A stretch of 34,788 nt of DNA from Octopus bimaculoides (GCF_001194135.2 NC_069005.1:9735380-9770167); one strand, 5' to 3'; shown: positions 21,905-34,170, counted from the first letter of the stretch. Translations and numbers: made by a program. Notes: generated from the sequence alone by a model not told the origin.

Positions 21905-22500
21905 TGTGTGTGTGAGTGCTTTTGTGTCTGTGTTTGTCTCCTATCACTGTTTGATAACTGTTGTTGGTGTGTTTATGTCTTTGTAACTTAGCGGTTTGGC
22001 AAAAGAGACTGATAATACCAGGCTTACTTAAGAAAAAAATATTAAGTACTGGGGTCAATTCTTGAAGGTGGTGCTCCAGCATGGCCACAGTCTAGAGACT
22101 GAAACAAAAGATGAATAAGATAAAAGCTATATCTGTGTATGTGTGTATGTGTGTCTGGATGTGTGCATGTGTCTGCTCTTGCCACAACTTTGCAACCAGT
22201 GTTTATTTGTTTACATCCCAATAACCTAGCAGTTTGGCAAAAGAGACTGATAGAATAAGTACCAGATATTTAAAAAAAAAAAAAACGTAAGTAATGAGGT
22301 TGATTTGTTTGACTAAAACCCTTGGCTGTGTAGTAAGAAGCCTGCTTCTCAACCTCATGGTTCCGTGTTCAGTCCCACTGCATGCCATCTTGAGCAGGGG
22401 TCTTCTTCAAAGCTTTGTGAGTGGATTTGGTTGATGGAAACTGAAAGATTGTGCCCCAGCATGGTCACAGTCCAATGGCAGAAACAAAGGAATGATGACA
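21905..22500 (+). mobile_element. Cluster of type A SINE tail and head fragments
   Basis: ttagcggtttggcaaaagagactgata...ggtgctccagcatggccacagt tail (about 21905-22125), second partial tail (about 22195-22320), head ttccgtgttcagtcccactgc (about 22325-22445). Confidence 0.8.
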
Positions 22501-22869
22501 GCAAAGTGTGTGCTCATTCAAGTCTGACCTAGGGTTAAAATACCAACCACCTAATATGAACAGCTTTGAACTTGTGTATATAAAAATGCTATGAAACAGA
22601 GAGAGAGAGAGAGAGCAATCAATGATATTTTGTATATGATTGTCTCCGGGTCATATGGTTTAGATGATAAAAAAATTACAAACACAATTACTTATGGCTT
22701 TTCTGTAGAGAAAAAAGAAAAAAAAAAGACGGTGAAATCTGGTTAAGAAAAATTGCCAAGGCAAAAATTGAAGAGTTCGAAATTAATAACCAAAATTCAC
22801 TAATATTATGTCACATGAAGAAAACTGAGATAAGAGAATTAGATTGAACACAGACTTCCTAATTCTCAG

Positions 22870-22914
22870 GAATCAAGTGAACTAGACGTAGTACAACACG
22901 TACGCTAATGAAAG
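22870..22914 (+). other. Weaker candidate 45-nt exon with stops in all three frames
   Basis: cttcctaattctcag acceptor, AAG|gtaagg donor, in unique CpG-containing sequence. Frames: ESSELDVVQHVR*, NQVN*, IK*. Confidence 0.3.
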
Positions 22915-23242
22915 GTAAGGAATATTATAGATGTATTAGATTAATACTTAAAATAGAGTTAAACGTCGCAGGAAAATAAAAATAAAAAGAAAGAAATGGG
23001 AAAAGAAAAGAGAACAAGTTAATAGGCATTAATAATCTAGCTGTCCTAGTAATAAGTTTTAGTTATAATATTCGCAATGGGAGTCTAAGTGAATTAACTC
23101 GACGAGACAGAATAAACAAGACATATAATAACTGCACTTAGAATCCAACACCTCAAAGCCGACACTGGTATATTTTATTTACTGTTTACTATGGAGAAAC
23201 TCAAAGAGTATCAGATCTATTCTCTTTTATTTGTTTTATTCG

Positions 23243-23570
23243 TTTCAGTCACTGGACTGCAGCCATGGTGGGGCATTGTCTTGAAGGGATTTGGGGCTGA
23301 GGGGGGAGTATGGTAATTGAAAAAATCGTGCCTGCAGTGCTTTTTCTACCTTTTTTTCTTTCTTTCCTTCTTTCTTTCTTTCTTTTTTGTTTGTTTCTGT
23401 TTTACAATGTCTGATGTTTATTCTGTCAATATCTTTTGCCAAACTGCTACGTGATGGGAATACAAGCAAACTGACGTCAGTTGTCAAGCAGGGTTGGTTA
23501 ATCACACAAACATATATTCTTTTACTTGTTTCAATCATTGGACTGTGACCATGCTGGAGCACTGCCTTGT
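23243..23570 (-). mobile_element. Two partial type A SINE tails, minus strand
   Basis: tttcagtcactggactgcagccatggtggggcattgtc and ttttacttgtttcaatcattggactgtgaccatgctggagcactgcc. Confidence 0.75.
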
Positions 23571-23574
23571 TAAA

Positions 23575-23614
<40 letters not shown>

Positions 23615-23617
<3 letters not shown>

Positions 23618-24157
23618 AGAGTAGCTGTATTATAGGTTCAGGAGTGGCTGTGTTATAGGTGCAGGAGTGACTGTGTGGTAAGAAGCTCGCTTCCCAATCA
23701 CATGGTTCCGGGTTCAGTCCCACTGCATGGCACCTTGGTCAAGTGTCTTCCACTATAGCCTTGGACCGACCAAAGACTTGTGAGTGGATTTGGTTGACAN
23801 NNNNNNNNNNNNNNNNNNNNNNNNNNNNNNNNNNNNNNNNNNNNNNNNNNNNNNNNNNNNNNNNNNNNNNNNNNNNNNNNNNNNNNNNNNNNNNNNNNNN
23901 NNNNNNNNNNNNNNNNNNNNNNNNNNNNNNNNNNNNNNNNNNNNNNNNNNNNNNNNNNNNNNNNNNNNNNNNNNNNNNNNNNNNNNNNNGTTCTCGTCTA
24001 CGTTTGTTTGCAATGTCCTGTACCCAGATATGCACCTATACATACAGGTGGATGTTGGTATGCACATACCTGTACGTATATATGCATATACTCATTTACT
24101 ATTTGTTTTTATATATATATATATATCTATATATATATATAGATATAGATATATATA

Positions 24158-24190
<33 letters not shown>

Positions 24191-24330
24191 TTGTTATTTG
24201 TATCTGTGTTTGTCCCCCCCCCCATTGCTTGACAACCGATGCTGGTGTGTTTAGGTCCCCATCAATTAGCAGTTCGGCAAAAATAGATCGATAGAATAAA
24301 TACTAGGTTTACAAAGAATAAGTCCAGTAC
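23615..24330 (+). mobile_element. Type A SINE spanning an assembly gap, with a triplicated 5' end
   Basis: About three copies of (c)aggagt(g/a)gctgtgttataggt, intact head with ggttcagtccc, Ns 23800-23989, (TA)n, then ttgtccccccc...gcttgacaaccgatgctggtgtg tail. Confidence 0.8.
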
Positions 24331-24338
24331 TGATACAC

Positions 24339-24373
<35 letters not shown>

Positions 24374-24668
24374 TTTGTTCATATACAGCAGGAGCAAGTG
24401 ACTTAAGGGCTGAGATGATTTTGATTTGAACTTATCGAACTTGTTACAAATTGAGGATTGTAAATACATGTACCAGTGATAATAGTATTTCCCTAGATAG
24501 TTCTGGAACAAATAAGGAAATCAATTACAATGTCACCTGGATAATTCATATTTCCCAAGTAGTCTGTCTGTTATACAGTTCAATAAGTGAATACATAAAT
24601 AAAGAAATAAGGAAACCTTGTGCATACTTATGCACACATAAATGACAGGGCTGATGAATATAAATACA

Positions 24669-24704
<36 letters not shown>

Positions 24705-24818
24705 TGTACATTGAAACATAAGAGATGGCCATAATCGGACATCTAAACATGTTTTAGCTACTCCTTCTAGCGGTTTAGATGTCTGATTATGGTCATCTCT
24801 TATGTGTTTAAATGTACA
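24705..24818. repeat. Small fold-back: 44/46-nt inverted arms, 24-nt loop
   Basis: 24705-24748 vs reverse complement of 24773-24818: 3 substitutions and a 2-nt indel. Confidence 0.92.
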
Positions 24819-24943
24819 TTTTATATATAATGAATAATATATAGTCTGTTGACTAGTTCTTCTACACGCTAGGCCATGGTGGTAAAAAATAAATTTCTAA
24901 ATAATATTTTACTACCCTGAAATTTATTAATAATAATTACAAA

Positions 24944-24981
<38 letters not shown>

Positions 24982-26238
24982 NNNNNNNNNNNNNNNNNNN
25001 NNNNNNNNNNNNNNNNNNNNNNNNNNNNNNNNNNNNNNNNNNNNNNNNNNNNNNNNNNNNNNNNNNNNNNNNNNNNNNNNNNNNNNNNNNNNNNNNNNNN
25101 NNNNNNNNNNNNNNNNNNNNNNNNNNNNNNNNNNNNNNNNNNNNNNNNNNNNNNNNNNNNNNNNNNNNNNNNNNNNNNNNNNNNNNNNNNNNNNNNNNNN
25201 NNNNNNNNNNNNNNNNNNNNNNNNNNNNNNNNNNNNNNNNNNNNNNNNNNNNNNNNNNNNNNNNNNNNNNNNNNNNNNNNNNNNNNNNNNNNNNNNNNNN
25301 NNNNNNNNNNNNNNNNNNNNNNNNNNNNNNNNNNNNNNNNNNNNNNNNNNNNNNNNNNNNNNNNNNNNNNNNNNNNNNNNNNNNNNNNNNNNNNNNNNNN
25401 NNNNNNNNNNNNNNNNNNNNNNNNNNNNNNNNNNNNNNNNNNNNNNNNNNNNNNNNNNNNNNNNNNNNNNNNNNNNNNNNNNNNNNNNNNNNNNNNNNNN
25501 NNNNNNNNNNNNNNNNNNNNNNNNNNNNNNNNNNNNNNNNNNNNNNNNNNNNNNNNNNNNNNNNNNNNNNNNNNNNNNNNNNNNNNNNNNNNNNNNNNNN
25601 NNNNNNNNNNNNNNNNNNNNNNNNNNNNNNNNNNNNNNNNNNNNNNNNNNNNNNNNNNNNNNNNNNNNNNNNNNNNNNNNNNNNNNNNNNNNNNNNNNNN
25701 NNNNNNNNNNNNNNNNNNNNNNNNNNNNNNNNNNNNNNNNNNNNNNNNNNNNNNNNNNNNNNNNNNNNNNNNNNNNNNNNNNNNNNNNNNNNNNNNNNNN
25801 NNNNNNNNNNNNNNNNNNNNNNNNNNNNNNNNAAGTGGTGGTTATTGCGTGACAATTTTGCATTCGAGTGTCATATATGGGCGGAGGTAAAAAGTAGTTT
25901 ACCCTTAATTTATACAGCAAAGAGAAAATGGAGGGGAGACAAAAATGACATACATCAGCCGGTAGACATTCTATTATGTCTGTTTATTCTAAAACAAAAG
26001 AGAGTATTATAAGAATACATACACATGCAAAGACTGTGTGCTACACAAATATATGCTAGTAATATATAAAAGAGTAAAAGATTAAAAGATCAGTTCCTTA
26101 TGGCCGTTTCTGCCAAGAGGTCACGATATCCTCCATGCTAGCTCCATTTCATCAGTGTTCTTTAGGAATGGGGAGTGTTTGGATGTTGAGAGTGCCTCTA
26201 AGCTGTGCATGTGGAGCTATGCTACATGGCAGTGAAAT

Positions 26239-26560
26239 CCTACTTGCATCACGTAACAACAATACAGCACAATTATTTCACCTCAATTGACCCTGCTCTC
26301 TTTAACATTACATCAAAACACATTGAAGCAGAAACAGACCCTACAAAGTTGAAGCAGTCTTTGGACAAATTCCTTCAAAAAATCCCAGATAAACCTCCTG
26401 CACATGGATATGTCTCCATAAACAATAAGTCTCTCCTCGAGTGGGCCATGTTGTCTGATTCCTGATTTAAATGACTTTGAAATGTGATGCTATTAAGTTA
26501 GACATGGCCTGGGTCAATACAGGCCAATACAGGCCAAAACCTATCAAAACATCGAAGTAT
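26239..26560 (+). mobile_element. 3' end of a CR1/L2-group LINE (C-terminal ORF2 and 3'UTR)
   Basis: ORF track 26205-26465: QHNYFTSIDPALFNITSKHIEAETDPTKLKQSLDKFLQKIPDKPPAHGY...SLLEW resembles the recalled FNxLP...FKxxLDxxLxxIPDxP C-terminus of CR1/L2-group ORF2. Confidence 0.7.
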
Positions 26561-26663
26561 ATACATAAATATATACATATATATATATATGTATGTATGT
26601 ATATATATATGCTCATGGTGGTGCTCCAGCATGACTGCAGCCACATAGCTTAAATGAATAAAA

Positions 26664-26707
<44 letters not shown>

Positions 26708-27359
26708 TCATCATCATCGTTTAACGTCCGCTTTCCATGCTAGCATGGGTTGGACGACTTNNNNNNNNNNNNNNNNNNNNNNNNNNNNNNNNNNNNNNNN
26801 NNNNNNNNNNNNNNNNNNNNNNNNNNNNNNNNNNNNNNNNNNNNNNNNNNNNNNNNNNNNNNNNNNNNNNNNNNNNNNNNNNNNNNNNNNNNNNNNNNNN
26901 NNNNNNNNNNNNNNNNNNNNNNNNNNNNNNNNNNNNNNNNNNNNNNNNNNNNNNNNNNNNNNNNNNNNNNNNNNNNNNNNNNNNNNNNNNNNNNNNNNNN
27001 NNNNNNNNNNNNNNNNNNNNNNNNNNNNNNNNNNNNNNNNNNNNNNNNNNNNNNNNNNNNNNNNNNNNNNNNNNNNNNNNNNNNNNNNNNNNNNNNNNNN
27101 NNNNNNNNNNNNNNNNNNNNNNNNNNNNNNNNNNNNNNNNNNNNNNNNNNNNNNNNNNNNNNNNNNNNNNNNNNNNNNNNNNNNNNNNNNNNNNNNNNNN
27201 NNNNNNNNNNNNNNNNNNNNNNNNNNNNNNNNNNNNNNNNNNNNNNNNNNNNNNNNNNNNNNNNNNNNNNNNNNNNNNNNNNNNNNNNNNNNNNNNNNNN
27301 NNNNNNNNNNNNNNNNNNNNNNNNNNNNNNNNNNNNNNNNNNNNNNNNNNNNNNNNNNN

Positions 27360-27433
<74 letters not shown>

Positions 27434-27627
27434 CACACACACACACATATATATGCATGCATATACATATAGATAAATATATACATAAACATGCATACAC
27501 ATATATACATATACACATGTATATACACATATGTATAGACACATGTATATACACATACATGTATATATTTTATATGTTCATATGCATCTACATATTAACA
27601 TACAAAAATATATACGTCTGTATATGC

Positions 27628-27735
<108 letters not shown>

Positions 27736-28214
27736 TCACTCACCCCAACAAATAGCAAAATCACTAAATCATCCATAACACACCATCATGGTATTCCTTC
27801 TGACCAAGGCTCACATTGCATTTTGTCTTTGCAGAGTAGATAAATGCATGGCAAAAATCAAGTCAGTGTACTGGTTATTATTCTAGTAATGTCGGAGAGG
27901 ATGTCTTGTGGTATAGGTTCTGTTTTTTTTTATTTATTTTTTAACATTCTGTGTTCAAACCTTGCTAAGGTTAACTGTATCTCATATTGCTTCAGTTCTA
28001 GTTCATTAAAATGGCTTGGTAGTGACTAACCTTACTCGACTTTCCATCAAAATTGTTGGCCCCATTCCTCAACACTTTGTTGTTTTAGAACTCCTTTTGC
28101 AAAGGAACTTAAGGGTAGAGAGGGATGTGATTGAAACTATCATCAACATCATCATCATCATCGACATCATCTAGTTTTTTGCCTTCTTTGTTGAATATTC
28201 ATGAGACACGCAAC

Positions 28215-28261
<47 letters not shown>

Positions 28262-28264
<3 letters not shown>

Positions 28265-28566
28265 GCTATATTAGTTAGCAGGCATGTTATTTTGAGGATT
28301 AGGGACACCAGCTCTCCTCAGGTCTCAAGAAGTTTTCTTAGGACTCTTGCTGAATATAGGATTGCACTTTTCTGCAGGTCAACAATGCATGTCTCAATTC
28401 CAATATCTTTCACTCTCTCAAGTAGCACTTTGAGTGTTGTGTCAAGTGCAGCAGCAATCATCACAACGTTAATTGTCATCTTAGTCTTCCACACTCTCTT
28501 TATCTCCCTGCCTAGGTCCCAACATTTCCCAGGTTTTTCAAATTCCTTGGGTATCCAGTCTGTTTT
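28262..28566 (-). mobile_element. 3' end of an R2/R4(Dong)/NeSL-type retrotransposon (REL endonuclease C-terminus), 5'-truncated
   Basis: EKPGKCWDLGREIKRVWKTKMTINVVMIAAALDTT...LQKSAILYSARVLRKLLET* matches the EKxxKYxxL...VPVVIGALG...LQKxxLLGTARILR motif; short 3'UTR, then an (AAT)n tail at 28215-28260. Confidence 0.88.
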
Positions 28567-28935
28567 CTTTTTCTTCTTCTTCTTCTTCTTCTTCTTCTTC
28601 TTCTTCTTCTTCTTCTTCTTCTTCTTCTTCGTCTTCTTCTTCGTCTTCTTCTTTTTCTTCTTCTTCGTCTTCTTTTTCTTCTTCTTTCGTCTTCGTCTTC
28701 TTCTTCGTCTGATTCTTCTTCTTCTTCTTCTTCTTCGTCGTCGTCGTCTTCTTCTTCTTCTTCTTCGTCTTCTTCTTCTTCTCATTACTATTATTATTAT
28801 TATTATTATTATCCTCATCATCATCATCATTATCATCATCATCATTATTATTATTATTATTATCATCATCATCATCATTATTATTATTATTATCATCATC
28901 ATCATCATCATCATTATTATTATTACTATATTTTG
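28565..28935. repeat. Compound microsatellite (CTT)n-(CGT)-(ATT)n-(CAT)n
   Basis: Direct; source of the poly-F/L/I, poly-K/R and poly-E/D/N ORFs. Confidence 0.98.
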
Positions 28936-28961
28936 TCGTCATTATTATCATTGTCATTTGT

Positions 28962-29285
28962 GAAGGCACATGGCTCAGTGGTTAAGGTATTGAGCTCACA
29001 ATATTCATGATCTTGAGTTCAAATCCCAGTGGTTCCTTGTATCCTTGAACAAGACACTTTATTTTCACGTTGCTCCTATCCTTTCAGCTTACAAGAGACG
29101 GGCAGTGCCTGTATTCCAAAGGGCCAGCCTTCTCACGTTCTGTGTGATGCTGAATCTTGCAGAGAAGTACGTTAAGAGTACATATGCCTGGAGTGGTCAA
29201 GCACTTGCACATTAATTTCCTGAACAGTCTGTTCCGTCGATCGGACGAACTGGAGCACTTGTCATCGCAGCCGACAGAGTGGCGG
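28962..29285 (+). mobile_element. Full-length type C SINE
   Basis: Canonical box A TGGCTCAGTGG (28971-28981), box B GAGTTCAAATCCC, ccttgaacaagacacttt, tail ...gctgttccgtcgatcgga...gccgacagagtggc. Confidence 0.88.
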
Positions 29286-29949
29286 TTCTTTTTTTTTCCA
29301 TCATTATTTATTATTGAACTAGTTTGTGCTCAATCACTTTTCCAAGATCCCAACCTGTTTGGGAGACATTTTTTAGTCGTTTATTCAATTATGCTTGCTT
29401 GTGTGTGTGTATGTGCTTCTTTGTGCATGTGTGTGATTGAGTAGTGGGCATGCGCGTGCGCTTGTCTGTGCTTGTATGTGATTAAGTGATGCATGGGTGT
29501 GTGCATGTGTAATAGTGTGTGTGTGTGTGTATGCTTGTCTGTGCTTGTGTATGATTAAGCGGTGTGTGTGTATGTTTGTGTGTATCTGTGTGTGTGTGTG
29601 TGTGTATGCGTGAGAGACGTTGGTAACGAATGTCTGTTTGCTTAACACTTACCTCCCTTTGTCAGTTTGTAATGTAACAGTATTGACTTTGTGCTTCAGA
29701 TTGATGCTCAAGCATAGATCGTGTTAAACAAACACGTGTATACAGATGTGTGTGTGTATGTATGTGTGTGTGCGTATGTGTATGTATGTGTGTATGTGTG
29801 TGTGTGTGTGTGTATTCACAAATGCATACAAATGAAAATGAGCAAAGAAAAATGAATCAGAGTGGCCAGTATTTGAACAGCAATCACGGAGAAATATATA
29901 TTAAACCCATCTGCATATGAATGGGCTTATGTGCATACATGTATCTATA

Positions 29950-30150
29950 TCTCTTTTACTTGTTTCATTAATTTGACTGCGGCCATGCTGGAGCACCGCC
30001 TTTAGTTGAACAAATCAACCCCTAGGACTTATATTCTTTGTAAGCCTAGTACTTATTCTATCGGTCTCTTTTTGCCGAACCGCTAAGTTACGGGGGACGT
30101 AAACACACCAGCATCAGTTGTCAAACGATGTTGGTGGTGGGGGACAAACA
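29950..30150 (-). mobile_element. Young type A SINE tail, minus strand, followed by (TA)n
   Basis: CpG-retaining reverse complement of 30975-31180. Confidence 0.9.
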
Positions 30151-30162
30151 GACACACACACG

Positions 30163-30243
<81 letters not shown>

Positions 30244-30807
30244 TAAAAGAGTTCCAACTCTGTCTGTTTTTTATGTTTTATTTATATTCTTATAAAATTA
30301 ATGTGGGATATAGAATATGGAATATATAATATAGATAGTAAAATGAAATGAAGTATTGAATGTCTTATTGAATATATGAAATATTGAGTATTAAGTATAG
30401 AGTATTAAATATATAAGGACTAGTATACTTTCCTGCCTCATGGCAGTCATCAAGGTCCCATAACTCTAACTCTATATAAACCAGTTCAATATTTTACTTT
30501 CTCCTAATTGAGTTTGAATTCCTCTGCTGACAGAATACGAAATCCAGAGATGAATAGATAAGCACTTCTCTTTCGACCTTTCATATACTCGCATTTTCTG
30601 CATAGATTATATCCCTACCCACCCCACATCTGTTCCTTATTATCTATCTATTTCTTTACCATGTAAACATCGCCCATTTGATTCCTCTCCCTGCTTGACT
30701 TAAATTCATGCATTCTTTTAATTGCCATGCTTTATTTATTTATTTATCTTACTTTACTTTATTCAAGTCTATCCTTTCTTTAACTCATTCTCCCTAAATT
30801 TGTCTAC

Positions 30808-30938
30808 CAGGAGTGGCTGTGTGGTAAGTAGCTTGCTTACCAACCACATGGCTTGGGCAAGTGTCTTCTAATATAGCCTCGGGTTGACCAAAGCCTTGTG
30901 AGTGGATTTGGTAGACGGAAACTGAAAGAAGCCCATCG

Positions 30939-30977
<39 letters not shown>

Positions 30978-31180
30978 TTGTGTGTCTGTTTTTGTCACCC
31001 CACCATCGCTTGACAACTGATGCTGGTGTGTTTACGTCCCCGTAACTTAGCGCTTCGGCAAAAGAGACCTATAGAATAAGTACTAAGCTTACAAAGAATA
31101 AGTCCTGGGGTCGATTTGCTCGACTAAAGGTGGTGCTCCAGCATGGCCGCAGTCAAAATGACTGAAACAAGTAAAAGAGT
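30808..31180 (+). mobile_element. Young near-full-length type A SINE with internal (TA)n(TG)n and a deleted box B segment
   Basis: caggagtggctgtgtggtaagtagcttgc head, aaccacatgg joined directly to cttgggcaag, internal microsatellite, complete tail ending gaaacaagtaaaagagt. Confidence 0.92.
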
Positions 31181-31284
31181 ATAGTATAAAAGTGCAGAAG
31201 TGGCCCTCACTTAAACTTGCTAGCATTGCTGTTCCCTTAAATTCGCCCTGATGAGGACACCAGTCTGTCACATAGTTAATCAGC

Positions 31285-31862
31285 TTTGCCTTTCATCCTT
31301 TAAGGGGTTGATAAAATAAGTGCCAGTTCAGCACTGGGGTCAATGTGAATGTCTTAATCCCCTTCCCCAAAACTGCCGGTCTTGTGCCAAAATTTTGTAT
31401 GATTAAGGTGGTGACTGGCAGAATTGTTTGCCTGCTGGACGAAATACTTAGCGGTATTTTGCCCATTGCTATATTCCCGGGTTCAAATTCCACTGTGGTC
31501 AACTTTGCAGTTCATCCTTTCGGAGTTCATAAGTTGAGTACCGGTGAAACACTGGGGTCGATGTAATCGACTAGACCCCTCCCCCAAAATTTCAGCCCAT
31601 GTGCCTATAGTAGAAAGGATTATTATTATTATTATTATTATTATTGTAGGGTGGCAAGCTGGCAGAATTGTTAGTACGTTGGGCAAAACGCCTCGTGACA
31701 TTTTATCTGTCTTCATGCTCTGAGTTCAAATTCTACTGAGGTCGACTTTGCTTTTCATCCTTTCGAGGTCGATAAAATAGATACCAGTTGCATACGGGGA
31801 TCTATGTAATTGACTATCCCCTGCTAACTTTCAGGCCTTGTGCCTATAGTAGAAAAATTATT
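31285..31862 (+). mobile_element. Three tandem type B SINE copies (about 31285-31400 partial, 31410-31622, 31648-31862)
   Basis: Each has ctttgc(c/a/t)(t/g)ttcatccttt...gataa...taccagtt and a tail ...ttgtgcc(t)atagtagaaa followed by (ATT)n. Confidence 0.88.
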
Positions 31863-32774
31863 ATCATTGTTGTTGTTGTTGTAATTTCTCTGTTTGTGCT
31901 TTCTGGCAAGCTGCAGAAAAAGTCTAAGCTTCAATAGAACATGATCTAAAAATCAAATACCGTTTTCATGCTGTACGGTGTACAAAATATTGGTTATTTG
32001 CCAGTCGCCATGTGAACGATCAGTAAAATGTCTCACCTGAGATTAATTAATTTCAATACTTTTGCTCAAATCTGGTATTGTTTCCAGTCCAGACTTATTA
32101 CCGACATCATATCGCACTTAATTAGCTTTTACAATGAAGCTGTCCCAAGCTGATTAGTAAAGTGTCATGCACTGCCTCACTACATCCTCTTTGACCCCGA
32201 GACATGCTGACTCCCTTATCTTTCTCCCTCTCTACCCCTGTCACACACTCTCTCTCTCTCTCTCTCTCTCCTCACCTCTGTCTCTTTCTTACTTGGTTGG
32301 GTGATTAAGAAGCTTGCTTTTCAGCCATTTGATTTTGATTTCAGTCTTACTGAAGTGTCCTCTATTATAAGCCTGCACTGTATTTGGTTGATGGAAATTC
32401 TGTAGAAACCCATTTCTGCTCTCTCTAACCAAGCCTCCAAAAATTCACATACACACACTTACATACACAAATATACATACACACACACACATATGAATTC
32501 AAAATAATAAAAGCACCGCCTTCCAGGTCTTTTTCATCTAACTTACATATATATAAGAGGCATGAATTTACTGTAAATAAATCATTCATGATGAGTCTCT
32601 CAAAAAGAGATGAAAGAGCTAATTGAATAATCATCCACAATCCTGACTACCTCCTTTTTCTAGATATATAAAATCTGCATACCACTTCAAATGATCTATA
32701 TACACAGACATGTTTCTGTGCACACATACATACATACATACATATATACATACATATGTATATATATATATATG

Positions 32775-32845
<71 letters not shown>

Positions 32846-32911
32846 NNNNNNNNNNNNNNNNNNNNNNNNNNNNNNNNNNNNNNNNNNNNNNNNNNNNNNN
32901 NNNNNNNNNNN

Positions 32912-32984
<73 letters not shown>

Positions 32985-33419
32985 TACACATATATATACC
33001 CACATATATGCACACACACACATGTATATGAGTGGAGGCTACTTGTTATTCATTCAGAAAGAGTCAGAATTGATTGTCAGAGAATTTCTATGATTCCTCC
33101 ATCCCTAATTTCCAGCCTCTTAAAAAAATATGTTGTAGGTTTGATTCATTTGACTAAAACCCTTGGTTGGATTGAGGCTATGGGGCTATAATAGAAGACA
33201 CTTGCCGCAAGGTGAGATTGAACCCAAAACCATGAAGTTTAAAGTCAGCTCCTTAACCAATCAGCTAACCCTTGCATAGTATACTGATTCAGTATATTTT
33301 ATTTCGTGGCAGGTTCTGCTTAGTCCTGGTTGACCTAGGACCTAGGGTTAAATAACAACATGAACAATCTGTTACTTCGACACTTAGTGTAATAAGTAGT
33401 ACAATGACTTCAAATCATT

Positions 33420-34170
33420 GTACTACTTCCCTCACAACCACAACCACTTAACAACCACCTCCAGCTACTACCACAACAACCACCACCACTGCTATAACCA
33501 TCACCAATGCCACCACCACCAACTACAACCACAATCACAATCACTACTCATGCTATCACCACTACTACAACTGCTACCAGAAGCACCACTAGCAATAAAC
33601 ACCACCACCACCACCACCACCACCACCACAGTCCCTATTAACTCCCACCTCTGGCCCTCCTCCCCAGGAACTAACTGGCACCAATTAGAAAAGGTTCTTC
33701 ATTATGTCTCATAAGACCACGATGGCTGCAGCAACCACCACCACCACAACTCCATCACCACACCAACACCACCACCACTACTACCGCCATCTCCACCAGT
33801 GCCAGCACAACTTTCACTTTCACTTTTACCACAGTCACCGTCTACTCCACCATCGTCACCGCCACTACCGCCATCATCACCATTAACATCCCAACTACAA
33901 CCACCACCATCACCACAAGTGCCAGCACTGCTTTTACTTTCACCACCACCACTACCATCACTAATACATCGCCACAAATTAATAACTTGTTGCTACCTGT
34001 CTCATTACTGTTAACAATCATTAACAACCATTGCTATTACTAACCACCAATTAATGACGCCAAACTACTAACCACAACCACTACCACTACATCCACTAAC
34101 CATTACCACATAACCAACCACGAGCTTCACTGTCAGTTCTTCGCCTCTATCCAACCACACCACTAATGAG
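33420..34170. repeat. Degenerate (ACC/CAT/CAA)n low-complexity tract
   Basis: Nearly G-free + strand; generates His/Thr/Pro-rich and Gly/Val-rich pseudo-ORFs. Confidence 0.9.

Noticed and set aside
27775-27830. HHHGIPSDQGSH resembling a retroviral integrase GIPxxIxSDQG motif
   Set aside because: It needs a 4-residue deletion, flanking frames show no further integrase similarity, and there is no LTR.
28971-29030. tRNA-like box A/box B sequences as tRNA genes
   Set aside because: No cloverleaf or acceptor stem; they continue into multi-copy SINE bodies.
31248-31275. Second hammerhead-like string CUGAUGA-GGAC-ACCA-GUCU
   Set aside because: The core and stem II look right, but GUCA replaces GAAA and I could not build stem I or III. 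At most a decayed relic; worth including in an Infernal scan.
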